Shown: positions 24,831 through 38,132 of the stretch, piece after piece
Position numbering within the stretch: the stretch's first letter is position 1
Layout: the number at the start of each line of letters is the position of its first letter
Source: Octopus sinensis
Taxonomy: Eukaryota
Direction: 5' to 3'
Length of the DNA stretch: 64,000 nt
Assembly (NCBI RefSeq): GCF_006345805.1
Contig: NC_042998.1
Coordinates: forward strand, 172,980,001-173,044,000
Position numbers and translations under genes: made by a program
The notes under the pieces: generated by a model
The model's database searches: none
Told to the model about the DNA's origin: nothing
What the model saw: only the letters and a program-made list of their open reading frames with translations

Positions 24831-24967
24831 CAGCACGTTGATAAGAAAAGCCAGGTTACACACAATAGTTTGAAGGGTTTACAAGGTGTGTGGTGATGGC
24901 AGATTCAGTTACATGAAAATGAGGCAGAGCCAGAATCTTATAGTATATGTGTGGGTGTGTGCGCGCG

Positions 24968-24998
<31 letters not shown>

Positions 24999-25322
24999 TG
25001 TGTGTGTGGATTGGTTGCATCATAAGCGCATCGGAGAAAATGCCTTGCTGTACTTGTTTCAAAACTTTACGCTCTGTGGTCAAATCCCGTGAAGATCAGT
25101 TTTGCCTTACATCCCTCCATGGTTGAAGAACAAATTGAAAGACAAATTTTATGACATTCCAAGGTTTGAAAAACCAAATCTGTGTGAGGCCAATTTTGGG
25201 GAAACCAAAAACCAGGATTGTCCGAACTTCTGAACTGTGTATATATTTGTTACCCTTGTAAATTTTAACTGCACGTCTGGTGTAGCATTTGGTGTCTATT
25301 TGTATATATATATGTTTGATTG

Positions 25323-25711
25323 GAGGCGCAATGGCCCAGTGGTTAGGGCAGCGGACTCGCGGTCATAAGATCGCGGTTTCGATTCCCAGACCGGGCCTTC
25401 TGAGTGTTTATTGAGCGAAAACACCTAAAGCTCCACGAGCCTCCGGCAGGGGATGGTGGGGAAGCCTGCTGTACTCTTTCACCACAGCCTTCTCTCACTC
25501 TTACTTCCTGTTTCTGTTGTACCTGTATTTCAAAGGGCCGGCCTTGTCACTCTCTGTGTCACGCTGAATATCCCCGAGAACTACGTTAAGGGTACACGTG
25601 TCTGTGGAGTGCTCAGCCACTTACACGTTAATTTCACGAGCAGGCTGTTCCGTTGATTCGGATCAACCGGAACCCTCGTCGTAGTAACCGACGGAGTGCT
25701 TCCATCCAACC
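25323..25711 (+). mobile_element. Full-length tRNA-derived SINE with 13-bp TSD
   Basis: A-box-like TGGCCCAGTGG and B-box-like GGTTTCGATTCCC head; TSD ATATGTTTGATTG at 25310-25322 and 25712-25724. Confidence 0.92.
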
Positions 25712-25855
25712 ATATGTTTGATTGTATGTAAGCTGTTTTATGTTGACTATTAATATTTTATAAACAATTCATGGTGTGGTGTTTTTCAAATTCATCCTAT
25801 CCTCGTTGATTCTGTGAATTCGGTTTATGGTTTATGAACAGCAGGTCGTAAAAAT

Positions 25856-25889
<34 letters not shown>

Positions 25890-26070
25890 TAGCAGATGTC
25901 TGTGTATTTATATGTGTGTACATAATGCCAATGAGGGAGTGAGAGGGAGGAGAAAGAAAAAGAGAAACAAAGTGAGGAAGTGGTTCTTTACTTCTCCTCC
26001 ATCTCTTCATTCGTCAAAACATTTTTCGATAGAGGGAAAAATGTAACTAGTGTAAGTGTGTGAGTGGGTT

Positions 26071-26114
<44 letters not shown>

Positions 26115-26250
26115 AGAAACAGACTACAAAAGAGGAACTATTACAGAGGGTGGGTGAGAATATGTGTGAGAAAAAGACAGTGAAGAGAGAAAGAAACAAA
26201 GAGAGAAAACAAGTTTCTATGGGAGAAGTTGAAAGAAAGAATGATAGCGG

Positions 26251-26283
<33 letters not shown>

Positions 26284-26559
26284 CTGATGTTTGATACTCT
26301 ATGTATGTTTTACAGGTTATGGTAAATGTAAGCCGGCACAAAGTGAGGGCGAAAGCAGGAGAGAAAGAGACGCTGATGTTTGATACAGTATGTATGTGTG
26401 TGTGTGTGTGTGCCTACGTAGGTGCAGCGTTCCACAATCGCCATTTATTTCAGTCACGCTTGTGAAGATATTCACGTAACTTTCATTTTTCCTTTTAATA
26501 ATCCCCATTTTAATTAGCAAGAAAAGTTCCCGAGAAAACTGTTCTCACTCTCTACAAGA

Positions 26560-27010
26560 GGAGATGGGGTAGATGTAGATGATCAGTATTCTACAGTGAA
26601 GCAAAGACGGGTACAGGTAGCCAGAGTAAGGTCATTAGAAGCCGCAGCACAACGATAGCAAAGACATGTGTTTGTAATCAGACCGAAGGAGATCTGCTGC
26701 ACGCAGGGCCAATGAATCACAAGAGGCACGGGAAAAACGGTTAGAACAATTACGTCAACAAAATGCAATCCGTAAGAGCAAGAGTCAAAAAAGGAAAGAG
26801 AAAAACGTTTAAAGAATGCAAGACAAAGACAAGCTGCCAGAGTTGCCAATGAGACAATAGGTCAACGAGAGATAAGACAAAGAGAAAAAAACCATGAGCA
26901 AACAGTTGCTGCAAGACTTCGCCAATCCTCAGAGGAAAGGCATAAACGTCTTTATCAAGATAGGCTAAATACGTTTGTCAAAAGAGTTCCACCTTCAACA
27001 TATGTAATAT
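26560..27010 (+). mobile_element. Helitron Rep/Helicase N-terminal repeat fragment (pseudogenised)
   Basis: RRSAARRANESQEAREKRLEQLRQ...RQAARVANETIGQREIRQ are the charged RA.ET.EQRE.RL repeats typical of Helitron N-termini; frameshifted. Confidence 0.6.
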
Positions 27011-27054
27011 AATTTATTTCCCTTCATAAAAGTGATAAATTTTGTATTTTCGTT

Positions 27055-27130
27055 TATTATTATCATTATTATTATCATTATTATTATTATTATTATTATC
27101 ATTATTATCATTATTATCATTATTATTATT

Positions 27131-27174
<44 letters not shown>

Positions 27175-27185
27175 TAATAATAATA
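27055..27185. repeat. (ATT/ATC)n then (AAT)n microsatellite
   Basis: Directly visible. Confidence 0.9.
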
Positions 27186-27523
27186 CAACGTGTCTCTAAA
27201 AGAAATGGAGAAACTCTCAAAATACAAAGACCTGGAAACAGAGGTAACTAGAATGTGGAATCTGAAAACAGAAACAATTCCTATCATAGTAGGTGCATTA
27301 GGAATGATAAAAAAATATTCAGACAAATACATAACAAAAACACCAGGACTTACAAACACATATAACATACAGAAAATTGCACTACTAGGCACTGCACACA
27401 TCCTACGCAGAACACTTTCCATACAATAACCATCAGAGCATCACAACAAATCACAGCACATACCCAAGGCACACAGAGCTGCGCTCGGTAGTGAAGTGAA
27501 AGCACGCTATAAAAATAAAACTA

Positions 27524-27530
<7 letters not shown>
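27186..27530 (+). mobile_element. R4/Dong-type non-LTR retrotransposon, 5'-truncated 3' end in (AAT)n
   Basis: KLSKYKDLETEVTRMW....IPIIVGALG...QKIALLGTAHILRRTL RLE C-terminus, 3'UTR and (AAT)n on both sides. Confidence 0.9.
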
Positions 27531-27585
<55 letters not shown>

Positions 27586-27772
27586 GAAGAAGAAGAAGAA
27601 GAAGAAGAAGAGAGGAGCGCCAGCCTTGACAGCGGCTGGACGTATTCCTCACTGCTCCGACAATTCAGTAGCCGAAAGCCATAGAAACACTAATATGACC
27701 CAGTTTAGCAACGGGGAAAAATAACTCTCAAAGACTGGAACATCTACAATATCTTGTGAGTATTTAAAATTC

Positions 27773-29116
27773 TCTTCAAAATAAGTTAAGAAATTTACAA
27801 ATCTACAGTTTTCAAACATACATCCGATCAGCTTTAAAAACTTTAATACCCACAATTGCCTCTGTAAACATCCTTTTTTTTCTTCTCTCTAAAAACATCA
27901 CGCTTTTCTTTTTGTGGACTTAAAAAACCTTAAAACTTTCTATGAAAATATGACTTTTCTTTGCTTCCTCCCTGAATATTCAAATATAAATCTAAACATA
28001 TACTTTTTATTGCAAAAATACACCTGTTCTTCTAAGTGGACATACAAACATCTCTAGAAAAGTCAACTTCAACCTCCACAATATTACCTTACACGAAATA
28101 TACAAACAGTTTTTATTGCAATAACACAAACGCACATGGGAAAAAAAAAAAATGATGCTAAGATTCTCTCTGGTCGAACACAACTTCTCTATTCACAAAT
28201 AATACAGAATAGCCCTTCAAAATAATTTTAAAAATTTACAAATTTACATATCTACAGTTTTTAAACATACATTCGTTCAGCTTTAAAAACTTTAATACCC
28301 ACAATTGCCTCAGTAAACATCCTTTCTTTTCTTCTCTCTAAAAACATCACGCTTTTCTTTTTGTGGACTTACAAAACCTTAAATCTTTCTATGAAAATAT
28401 GACTTTTCTTTGCTTCCTCCCTGAATATTCAAATATAAATGTAAACATATACTTTTTATTGCAAAAACACACCTGTTCTCCTTACTGGACATACAAACAT
28501 CTCTAGAAAAGTCAACTTCATCCTCCACAATATTACCTTACACGAAATATACAAACAGTTTTTATTGCAATAACACAAACGCACATGGGGAAAAAAAATA
28601 ATGATGCTAAGATTCTCTCTGGTCGAACACAACTTCTCTATTCACAAATAATACAGAATAGCCCTTCAAAATAATTTAAGAAATTTACAAATTTACATAT
28701 CTACAGTTTTCAAACATACATTCGTTCAGCTTTAAAAACTTTAATACCCACAATTGCCTCAGTAAACATCCTTTCTTTTCTTCTCTCTAAAAACATCACG
28801 CTTTTCTTTTTATGGACTTACAAAACCTTAAATCTTTCTATGAAAATATGACTTTTCTTTGCTTCCTCCCTGAATATTCAAATATAAATGTAAACATATA
28901 CTTTTTATTGCAAAAACACACCTGTTCTCCTTACTGGACATACAAACATCTCTAGAAAAGTCAACTTCATCCTCCACAATATTACCTTACACGAAATATA
29001 CAAACAGTTTTTATTGCAATAACACAAACGCACATGGGGAAAAAAAAATAATGATGCTAAGATTCTCTCTGGTCGAACACAACTTCTCTATTCACGAACA
29101 ATACTGAACAGCCTTT
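27773..29116. repeat. Tandem array of three ~450-bp units
   Basis: Marker GGTCGAACAC recurs at 28172, 28621 and 29071 (periods 449 and 450); units are highly similar. Confidence 0.92.
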
Positions 29117-29609
29117 CCTTAATTTTTCTTAAGGCTAGCAGTAGCAGACATCTGAACTTTTTTTGACCGATAAAAAAAATAAATAAATAAACATCACTGA
29201 TGGTGATGGTGATGATGGTGATGATGATAATAATGATAGTAATAGTGCTGATAATCTATCTATCTATCTACACACACACACACACTCACAGAGTTCAGCC
29301 AACACAAACCACACCTCGGCTCTTTAGATGTTAACCAAATATGAAAGTATTATTTGACAGGCAAGAATTCTGGCGTTGAAGACAGCCAGCCAACCACCCA
29401 GCCAGCCAACGAGACAGACAGACGCTACTGTGATGGTGATAATGATAAAAAACAAAAATAACAATAATAAGATACTGCTGTGACTACACATAAAACAATA
29501 TCATTGATGATGATGATAATAAATGGTGATGTGATGATGATAATGATGATAGTAATAGTGGCGATAATGATAATAGTGATAATAATGGTGATGATAATAA
29601 CAATAATAA

Positions 29610-32600
29610 GCCGACTACGGCTGCTATAATGGTACGATTATAATTGTAACGGCAATGATGGCCATCTCCCCACGAGCCAACCAAAGCTCAAAAATGATAA
29701 TATTATCGTAGGACTAAAAGGAAAACTAAAGCAGTATACCAAATCGCTTGTCCTATGGTTAATCTGGAAGCGCGTCCCCCAGGAAAGAGCCAGCCTGGGA
29801 TCGAAAAGTCATCAACTGGCACAAACTCTTCTCCGAATACGGACATGGATGGTCACTTGAACGGGAAATTCCCCAACTCGAGCCATCCAAGTTCACCACC
29901 ACAACCACCACAGAAAGAAAAATGTAAGCGGAACAAATGGGCCCGAGAAGAGTATAAAGAAGTAATATACGTTTATTACTATGCATTAGGTAGGCCACCT
30001 CAAGAGAGACACACCGCAAACTCTTACAGTATATGGAGAACACGGAACCAAGACAGTAGGCCCTATTTGGTCGAAAACAAATTGGCAAATGTGAGGAGGG
30101 ATATCCTTAGAAATAACAGACTCACAGACAGTGATCAAGCACGCAACGGAAAATGACATAAATATAAGACACGAAGGAAATGAAGAATCAGATGAACAGT
30201 ATAGCCCACCACGAGGCTTAATTGAAAGACTGCCATCTGACCAAAGTACGCAAAGGCCTGAAGATACAAGAAATTCTATTGAACCTGTTAAAGATAGCCA
30301 GGAAAATGATAAAACGACAGTAACTGAAGATCTCGCATTTGCTGAAGAACACAGAGAGTCTATGGCAGAAATGAGGCAGAAAATCCTGAATACGCTTGAA
30401 GTTGTAAGACATACAAGTATGAATGATAGAGAACCACTTCATAAACTCTCAAATACAAACCAAAATAAAAAACAAATCCAAATTGGCAACTATGTAACAA
30501 ATGAAATAATACAAGAATTAAAACCTGATTTTACTGAGTTAAATGAAATTATTTACGCTTCTGCTAGGGCAATTGAAACCAGCTGTATGCCCCCGAAAAA
30601 ACAAAGAAAACCAAACCTGGGAAGAAACCAAACCTGGAGAAGTAAAATTGAAAAAGAGATTGAATTTATGAGAGGGGAAATATCAATATTAAATGAACTA
30701 ATATGTGGAAATGATGTAAGATCCAGAACAGGAAGAAAGATGAAGAGAAAATTTGAATCCTCACCAAGAGAAGAACTGATATCAATAAAAGAAACGCTGA
30801 AACAAAAAGTCCAAGCAAAAGCCCAAAGAATACGAAGATTTGAGAAGAGAAACAAGTTTTACAAGCAAAATAAGCTGTTCACATCCAATGCCAAAAAATT
30901 CTACAGAGAAATAGGGAAGGAGAAAGTAACCGTTAAAGACCCCCCCTCCCATGGAAGAAGTTCAAAACTTTTGGAAAAGGATTTGGAGTGACAAGAAGAC
31001 GTACAACATAAATGCTGACTGGATTATACAAACTGAGGGATCCTACCAAAATTTACAACAACAAGCATGGGAAGACATTACAATATCAGACCTAAGAAAG
31101 GCACTCACGAAGGCCCATAATTGGAAATCTCCCGGTAAAGATAGGGTGCCGAATTTCTGGCTCGCATCGCTCCCATGCGCACACGGTAAGCTAGTTCAGG
31201 TGCTCAATGAGAGACCCAAAGATAACACCTGAATGGTTAGCAAGTGGTATTACTTACCTACTCCCAAAGAATAACGAAACCAACCTTCCAAAAGACTATC
31301 GGCCTATAACCTGTCTATCCACCACGTATAAAATCCTAACATCTATCCTGGCGGAGAAAACATATGCATTCATGGAAAAGAACGATATTTTCCCCATTGA
31401 ACAAAAAAGGTGCTACCGAGGCTCATACGGATGCAAAGATCAACTGCTAATTAATCGTATGATCCTTGAGAACTGTCACAACAAGCGCAGAAATCTCAGC
31501 TCCGCATGGATTGACTATAAAAAGGCCTTCGACAGTATACCGCATCCATGGATCTTGAGATCGCTGGACATCTTCAAAATTTCCCCTGTGATATCAAGCT
31601 TCCTGAAACACAATATGTTGTGAATACGAATCTCCAATTATACCACTCTAATGGAGTACTTGCTTCAGAAAATATAAACATCAACTGTGAAATGTTTCAA
31701 CGTGACTCACTTTCACCTTTAATATTCTGCATAGCCCTAATACCCCTTACAAGTGAATTAAACAGAACAGGGTATGGGTATAAAATTGCCAATAAAAAAA
31801 GCCATCTATTTTATATGGATGACTTAAAACTCTATGGTAAAGACGATAATGAACTTGAAGGCCTATTGCGCACTGTGAAAGCATTCAGCGATGAGATCGG
31901 GATGGAGTTTGGGTTTGAGAAGTGTGCCAAGGCCACTTTCCAGAAAGGGAAAGTGAAGACCACAAATTCAGTCGTGTTAGATGTTGACACAGTCATAAGA
32001 GAGCTTGAGCAAGAACAAACATACAAATATTTAGGGATAAATGAAGGCAAGCATGAAAGAGAAGATTAGGAAGGAATACTATAGGAGAGTTCGTGCAGTC
32101 CTGAAATCTGAACTAAATGCACGTAACAAGGTGTTAGCTATAAATTCCTTAGCAGTTCCAGTTGTTACTTACAGCTACAATGTGTTGAACTGGAATATGA
32201 GTGAAGTAAAGAATATAGACAGGAATATACGCAAGCTGCTGAGTTGTAATAGGATGCACCACCCAAAGGCAGACGTAGATCGCCTTTACCTTCCCAGAGC
32301 CCAAGGAGGTCGAGGCTTGATCCAATTTGAACTAGCTTACAAAACAACCACAATTAGACTGGCCAAATATCTCGAAATAACGAATGACTGGATGCTAAAG
32401 CTCGTGGAAAATCACGAGAGACGAAAAAGCTTCATCCTATCATAAAGGAAAGCAAAAAATTTGCTATTGATCTCGTGCTGAACAACCCGAGGGAAGTACG
32501 GCAACTATTGTTGCAAAGAAGGTGAAAATAATGGCAACGAAAAAAGCGCATGAGCAATTGGCTGATAGGTGGGAGGAGAAACCTCTGCACGGCAAATATG

Positions 32601-33500
32601 TGGCCCGCAGCAAACAAGCTGATGTTGACCAGAAGCAAACCCACCAGTGGCTACGGAGCTCAGGGCTAAAAGCAGAGAGCGAAGGTTTCATCATGGCTGC
32701 TCAAGATCAAAGCCTATTAACCTGGAACTACCAGGCCAATGTGATGAAAAATGGAGCAGACCCAAAATGCCGATTCTGCAACGACATGATTGAAACAGTG
32801 GACCACCTAATCTCTGGATGCAAAGTCTTAGCACCAGTGGGGTATAAATTAAGACATGACAGAGTTGGCCAATATCTCCACTGGCTAATAAGTCGGCATT
32901 ACAATATCAAAACTGCCGACAAGTGGTATAATCACCACCCTGAAGCTGTAACTGAAGGAGAAAATGTAATGATTCTGTGGGACTTTCCAGTACATACAGA
33001 CCGAACCATCGAAGCCAATAAACCAGATATTGTTGTGAAAGACCAAAACAATAAAGGTTGCTTATTGATCGACATGAGCATCCCCTGTGATCATAATATC
33101 TCGGCGAAAGAGTTTGACAAGCTCAGAAAATATAAAGACCTGCTCATTGAAATTGAGAAAATGTGGCATCTCAAGGCGGTTACAATACCAGTGATCGTAG
33201 GAGTATTAGGAATGATCAAGAAGGGAACCGAAAATTATATGAGAATGATCCCTGGCTTTCCATCCCTGCAAGAAGTGCAAAAGATTGTCTTAACTGGTAC
33301 ATCACACGTATTGAGAAGAGTATTGTCGCTGTGAGAACTATTACTACCCATGTATTTTAATTTAACTTTAAAAAAAAATGAACGAACTATTGAGTTTAGT
33401 TTAATGGCCTACCAATGTATACTATGAGTTTCTTTGCCCTAGGAGTCGGGAAGACACTCGGCAAGAAATGGAAGCAAATTTGAAGGAAGAAAAAAAAATA
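29610..33500 (+). mobile_element. Near full-length R4/Dong-clade non-LTR retrotransposon (RT + CCHC + restriction-like endonuclease), about 6 frameshifts
   Basis: KWAREEYKEVIYVYY N-terminus; KSPGKD, YRPITCL, WIDYKKAFDS, FQRDSLSP, YMDDLKLY, YKYLG; CRFC...ETVDHLISGC; RHD; KPDIVV...LIDMSIP; flanked by (GAT/AAT)n and an (AAT)n tail. 5' boundary approximate. Confidence 0.95.
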
Positions 33501-33668
33501 ATAATAACAACAGCAACAAAAATAATAATAATTATTATTTTTTGTATTATAAATTCAGAATTGATTTCATCTATAAAATTTTCGTCTTCAAAACTATTTC
33601 ATAGTTAACATTTACAGAAAAACAAAAAGTAGGTGTATTTGTTTGACGCACGGGAAAGTGAGAAAGTC

Positions 33669-33702
33669 TTTTGCGTTTTGAGCCTACGCTCTTCAGCAGA
33701 AT
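33669..33702 (-). pseudogene. Decayed minimal hammerhead motif
   Basis: Minus strand CTGCTGA-A-GAGC GTAG GCTC-AAAACGCA: same layout as 15411 but three core changes (A6>C, G12>A, U16.1>C). Confidence 0.45.
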
Positions 33703-34203
33703 GGAATAGGAGAAAATAAACAGAGAGGGAATTTCAAAGAACTTGTGAATTTAACGATGAAGTATGGCGACTGGTTGGGTTTAGATTTGTAATCGGGCAT
33801 GCTTGTTAAAGGAGAAAAAAAAAAAAAACCAGAAAAATAAAAGAAAAGGAGAGAAAAAGGCAAAGTAATGACTTACGAAATTTAAAAGTTTTTAAAAATT
33901 CAAAAATCGTGAAGAGAAGAAAAAAAAGCCAGAAAAGAAGAGAAAAAGAGAAGAACAGAAAAGAAGACAAAAAGAAGAAAAAGAGAGAGAAAGGCAAAAT
34001 AACAACGTCCGATATAAGTAAAGATAATTGCCACATCAAAGTGGCTTTTCTCGCCAGTCGGTTATCAGTACGGTGCTGCACTTTGTACGAACATATATAT
34101 TGCTAGTAGGGGGAGTGAACCCCAACCATCCTCTAGCAGACAACAGGTTCGCGAGACTGACTCAGTTTCGAGCTGGTTGGCTCATCTCCAGACACGAATA
34201 CCT

Positions 34204-34434
34204 ATTTCTGTACTACCCACAAGGGGCCAAACACAGAGGGGACAAACAAGGACAGACAAATGGATTAAGTCGATTACATCGACCCCAGTGCGTAACTGGT
34301 ACTTAATTTATCGACCCCGAAAGGATGAAAGGCAAAGTCGACCTCGGTGGAATTTGAACTCAGAACGTAACGGCAGACGAAATACCGGTAAGCATTTCGC
34401 CCGGCGTGCTAACGTTTCTGCCAGCTCACCGCCT
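34204..34434 (-). mobile_element. Full-length tRNA-derived SINE (GGCG..GAGCTGGCAGAA head) with 19-bp TSD
   Basis: Minus-strand head GAGCTGGCAGAAACGTTAGCACGCC, B-box-like GAGTTCAAATTCC; TSD TCTCCAG(A/T)CACGAATACCT at 34185-34203 and 34435-34453. Confidence 0.9.
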
Positions 34435-35700
34435 TCTCCAGTCACGAATACCTGGTCACCAAAGAGATAACCAGAGTCCGCTTCAGCCAGCATCCGTCGG
34501 CCATCGGTCAAGGATTTGCAACAAGTTGTAAAATCTCAGGTGACCGATGATAGTAATATGGAACAGCCACATTGATGTGGCGATTAACTTTACTTGTTAG
34601 TATAGTTACTACTCTGATCTCTTCTTGCGAGTTTACAACCAGCTAATTTGCTTGTTGCAAATCAGTGACGGGTGGTCGCTTTGTTTACAATATGACTAGA
34701 ATCGACCCTGGCTATCTCTCTGCAACTAGCTATCTCTCTACAGCTAGCTACTTTGCTTATACACACACATACACGTGTGTGTGTGTATTTGTGTGTACGT
34801 GTGTGTATGTATGTGTGTGTGCATATATGTGTATGTATGTGCGTGTCTGTGTGATTAGTTTAATGTATGTTCATCCCCCTTTTAAGACTGTAAAATATAA
34901 TTTTAGGAATATTTGATTGATATTTCTTGCATATTGAATGCCTACATAAAGACCCCTTCAAAATATACGCATCCTATTCACAAGAAACCCAATGTAACGG
35001 ACTACTACCATGGCTATTAAGGAAATTCAGCGATTTAACGCTTTGATGTTCCGTCTTATTTCAATTGGCAGAATTTTATAAAGGGAATGATTGCACATAT
35101 CTATAAATTCTGAAAAAGTGAAACAGAGGGAAGACTCAGATCATCCAAGTAGAAAAAAGTTTGTTACGTTCGACTACTATTATTTTGATCATTCTTTTCT
35201 AAAATATTGACATTTTTTTTATCCTGATATGATATATACTACTTTTATGCTTATTACAGTTTCGGATCGAACTGGCTCTGATCGAGCAAAGGCAATGATC
35301 AAAGTTGATTATGCTACGATCATCCCATCTATTTTATCAGGAACGTTGAATTATAATTATACAACATATCACTTATCACCCTAAGACAAAAATCTACAGT
35401 TTGAGGGAATTTTGGTAGCAATTTTTTGGAGTTCGAGTGACTACTTGTGGCTCGTGTTTCGTATTGAATAATATATTTTTGTTGTGAACAGTTGCGTTCA
35501 CAACAAAAACATTTCGTTTACTTTGTCATTTTGTATGTCGGCTATTTTGTTCTTGCGATTTCTATTATTTCATTGTGGTTTGAGGTGACGTGTTCTCTTA
35601 GTTTAATTATTTCTGATCTGAAATATGATTGAGTGGTGTGGTTTCCTCTTATTTGTCCGTAACAGTTTCTTTTGTTAATCCCTCCTCTCTCTCTCTCTCT

Positions 35701-35771
<71 letters not shown>

Positions 35772-35772
<1 letters not shown>

Positions 35773-36273
35773 TAGCAGTATCGCCCGGCGTTGCTCGGGT
35801 TTGTAAGGGAAATAACTATATAAGCATTTTTAGAGACTTACTTCCCTTATAGATGCCAATTCGGGCTTTCTTAGCCATTTCTGTTTTGGTGTCTTCAAGC
35901 CATGAAGTCGTTGTTCTAAAAGAACGCTGGTCTCCTTGACAACGCATTACGACGTTGATTTCCTTACACTGCCTTCCCCACAGCTTCACGGGGGAGAAGC
36001 AAACACAGGTGCATGTGTTTGAGCGTGGACGCCAACTCCGCCGTCATCGACACACGAAAAATGATGCATTAAAATGGAATAAAAAATGATGTTAAATTAT
36101 TTTTAAAATCGTAGACTCATCGTAGACGCGCGCTAATAGCCAGACGGGCTCGATATTAATCACGACTATAAGATACCCGAATTTGGTTAAACTGCACCGC
36201 AAAATGTGGGAGGAGTTAGGAATCTAAATCGAAGGGGACAGACACTCACACAACTAGAGTTTTATATATACAG

Positions 36274-36274
<1 letters not shown>
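35772..36274 (-). mobile_element. Complete non-autonomous Helitron
   Basis: Minus strand A|TC...hairpin CCCGAGCAACGCCGGG...CTAG|T; inserted in (TA)n, no TSD. Confidence 0.8.
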
Positions 36275-36490
<216 letters not shown>

Positions 36491-36573
36491 TTCAAATGTC
36501 TAATTCAATTAAAAATAACTTTTATGCATTTGTGTACGTTTAAACTAATTCAATGTTGTTTTACAAAATAAGA

Positions 36574-37780
36574 GAGGGTGTCCACTCTGCGTACATGGGG
36601 ATTAACACACATATACTTTTAAAACAAAACAATTTTATTTAATTATAATGTTGATAAATAATATTTTCAAAGTGATTTCCATCATTTTCAATGCATAACT
36701 TGATGCGCCTGGCAAAATTCTGTTGAACTTGATTAAATAAGTCTACATTGCCATCAATTTCAGCACACTAGTAATGCGTTCTCATGTGTTTTAAATCTGT
36801 AATCTTTATTGAGTAAACTTTCTCTTTCGACATACCCCAGAAAAAGAAATAAAGGGGAGAAAGGTCTGGTGAACGAAGAGACCATTCCATATGACCCCTT
36901 CTTCCAATCCAGTGAGGAAAAGTGTCATTAAGCCAATCTCTAACAGTTGTGGCAATATGGGTAGGGGCCCCATCCTGCTGAAACCAATTCGGAAGGCCCT
37001 CGCCTAGGCACTCAATTTGAGATATTAATTTGTCTCTCAATAGGTTTACATAAGTCTCATCCGTTACATGTTCACTGAAGAAGGGTCCTAGAACATGAGC
37101 TTTCCACAAACCACACCACACCATCACCTTTTTGCTGCCTTGCTGTTTGGATGGATCCATCCAATGTGGATTACCTCGAGACCAGTATAGAAAATTCTGT
37201 CTGTTTACCTCACCATTTACATAAAACGTAGCTTTGTCACTGAACAACACAAAGTCTTTCGTAAAATTGATATTTTCATCTAATTTATTTGAAAACCATT
37301 CGCACGTCTACATTTGTCTATCAGGGTCGTCTTCATTTAAGTGATGCAATATCTGTAGGTTGTATCGATGAAACTTTTCTCAACCAGCATTTTGTGGATG
37401 GTTGGTTTTGGAACACCTAACACCGTGGATGTTCGACGAAGTGATTTCTTTGGGCTAGCAGAAACTTTAGCCTCTGTCGTTTCATCTGAAGTCTTTGGTC
37501 GCCCGGAACGGGGTTTATCCAAAACACTGCCTGTTTCTTTAAATTTCTTGATCAATTTCCCGACGGCAGTAAAATAAATAGGTTGCCTATAAGTGTGTCG
37601 AAGATTAAATTCTTCCGCAATTTTGCGATAAGACCATCCTTCTCGTCCACCTAATAATACTATCTCGATTCTTTCTTCTTTAGACTGAGCCATCATTCGA
37701 TCATCTGTAGAAAAATTAACAAATAAATTTAGAAAAGTAAAGTATTTTTTAAATTTAATTTAAACAAAAGTAAAATCGGA
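36574..37780 (-). mobile_element. Tc1/mariner-superfamily transposon, DD41D (rosa/Visitor)-like, inactive
   Basis: HTH ORF 37337-37696 (KFKETGSVLDKPRSGRP) and catalytic ORF 36768-37250 (FSD, FQQDGAP.H, WIGRRG, RSPDLSPL[Y]FFFWG); 40 residues between D2 and the D3 position, which is Y; AGGGTGTCC terminus near 36575. Confidence 0.85.
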
Positions 37781-37829
37781 AAATTATTATTTCTTATATT
37801 TATTTGTTTATGTTATGATTTTATTCCGT

Positions 37830-38132
37830 GTACCCAGACTTCGTGGACACCCTAAAGTTGCTCCTTCGGATTTCCACTTATTCAGGTCTCTGCAGAATAG
37901 TCTTAATGGTGAAATTTTCAATTCCTTAGATGACGTAAAAAGATACCTTGAATTCTTTGCCTTGAAACCATCCCAATTCTGGGAAGAGGGTATTTTCAAG
38001 GCAAAGGAAAGATGGAGACGTATTGTGCAACGAAATGGTTCAGATTTGGTTAATTAAAAATGTAATGGCAAGTATTTAGTGACCTTTTACATTCCTTTAA
38101 AAATTGGAACGAACTTTCCGGACAACCCAATA
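37830..38132 (+). mobile_element. Mariner 3' fragment with TIR
   Basis: APSDFHLFRSLQNSL...ERWRRIVQRNG, then TIR GAACTTTCCGGACAACCCAA-TA. Confidence 0.85.

Noticed and set aside
28245-28285. Minus-strand CTGAACGA...GAAA in the 450-bp repeat as a hammerhead
   Set aside because: Core has an extra base, differs between units and has no closing helices.
29610-29755. HDV-like ribozyme in the Dong 5' leader
   Set aside because: GGCCATCTCCCCACGAG is suggestive, but I could not assemble P1, P1.1 and P2 by eye; needs an RNAMotif search.
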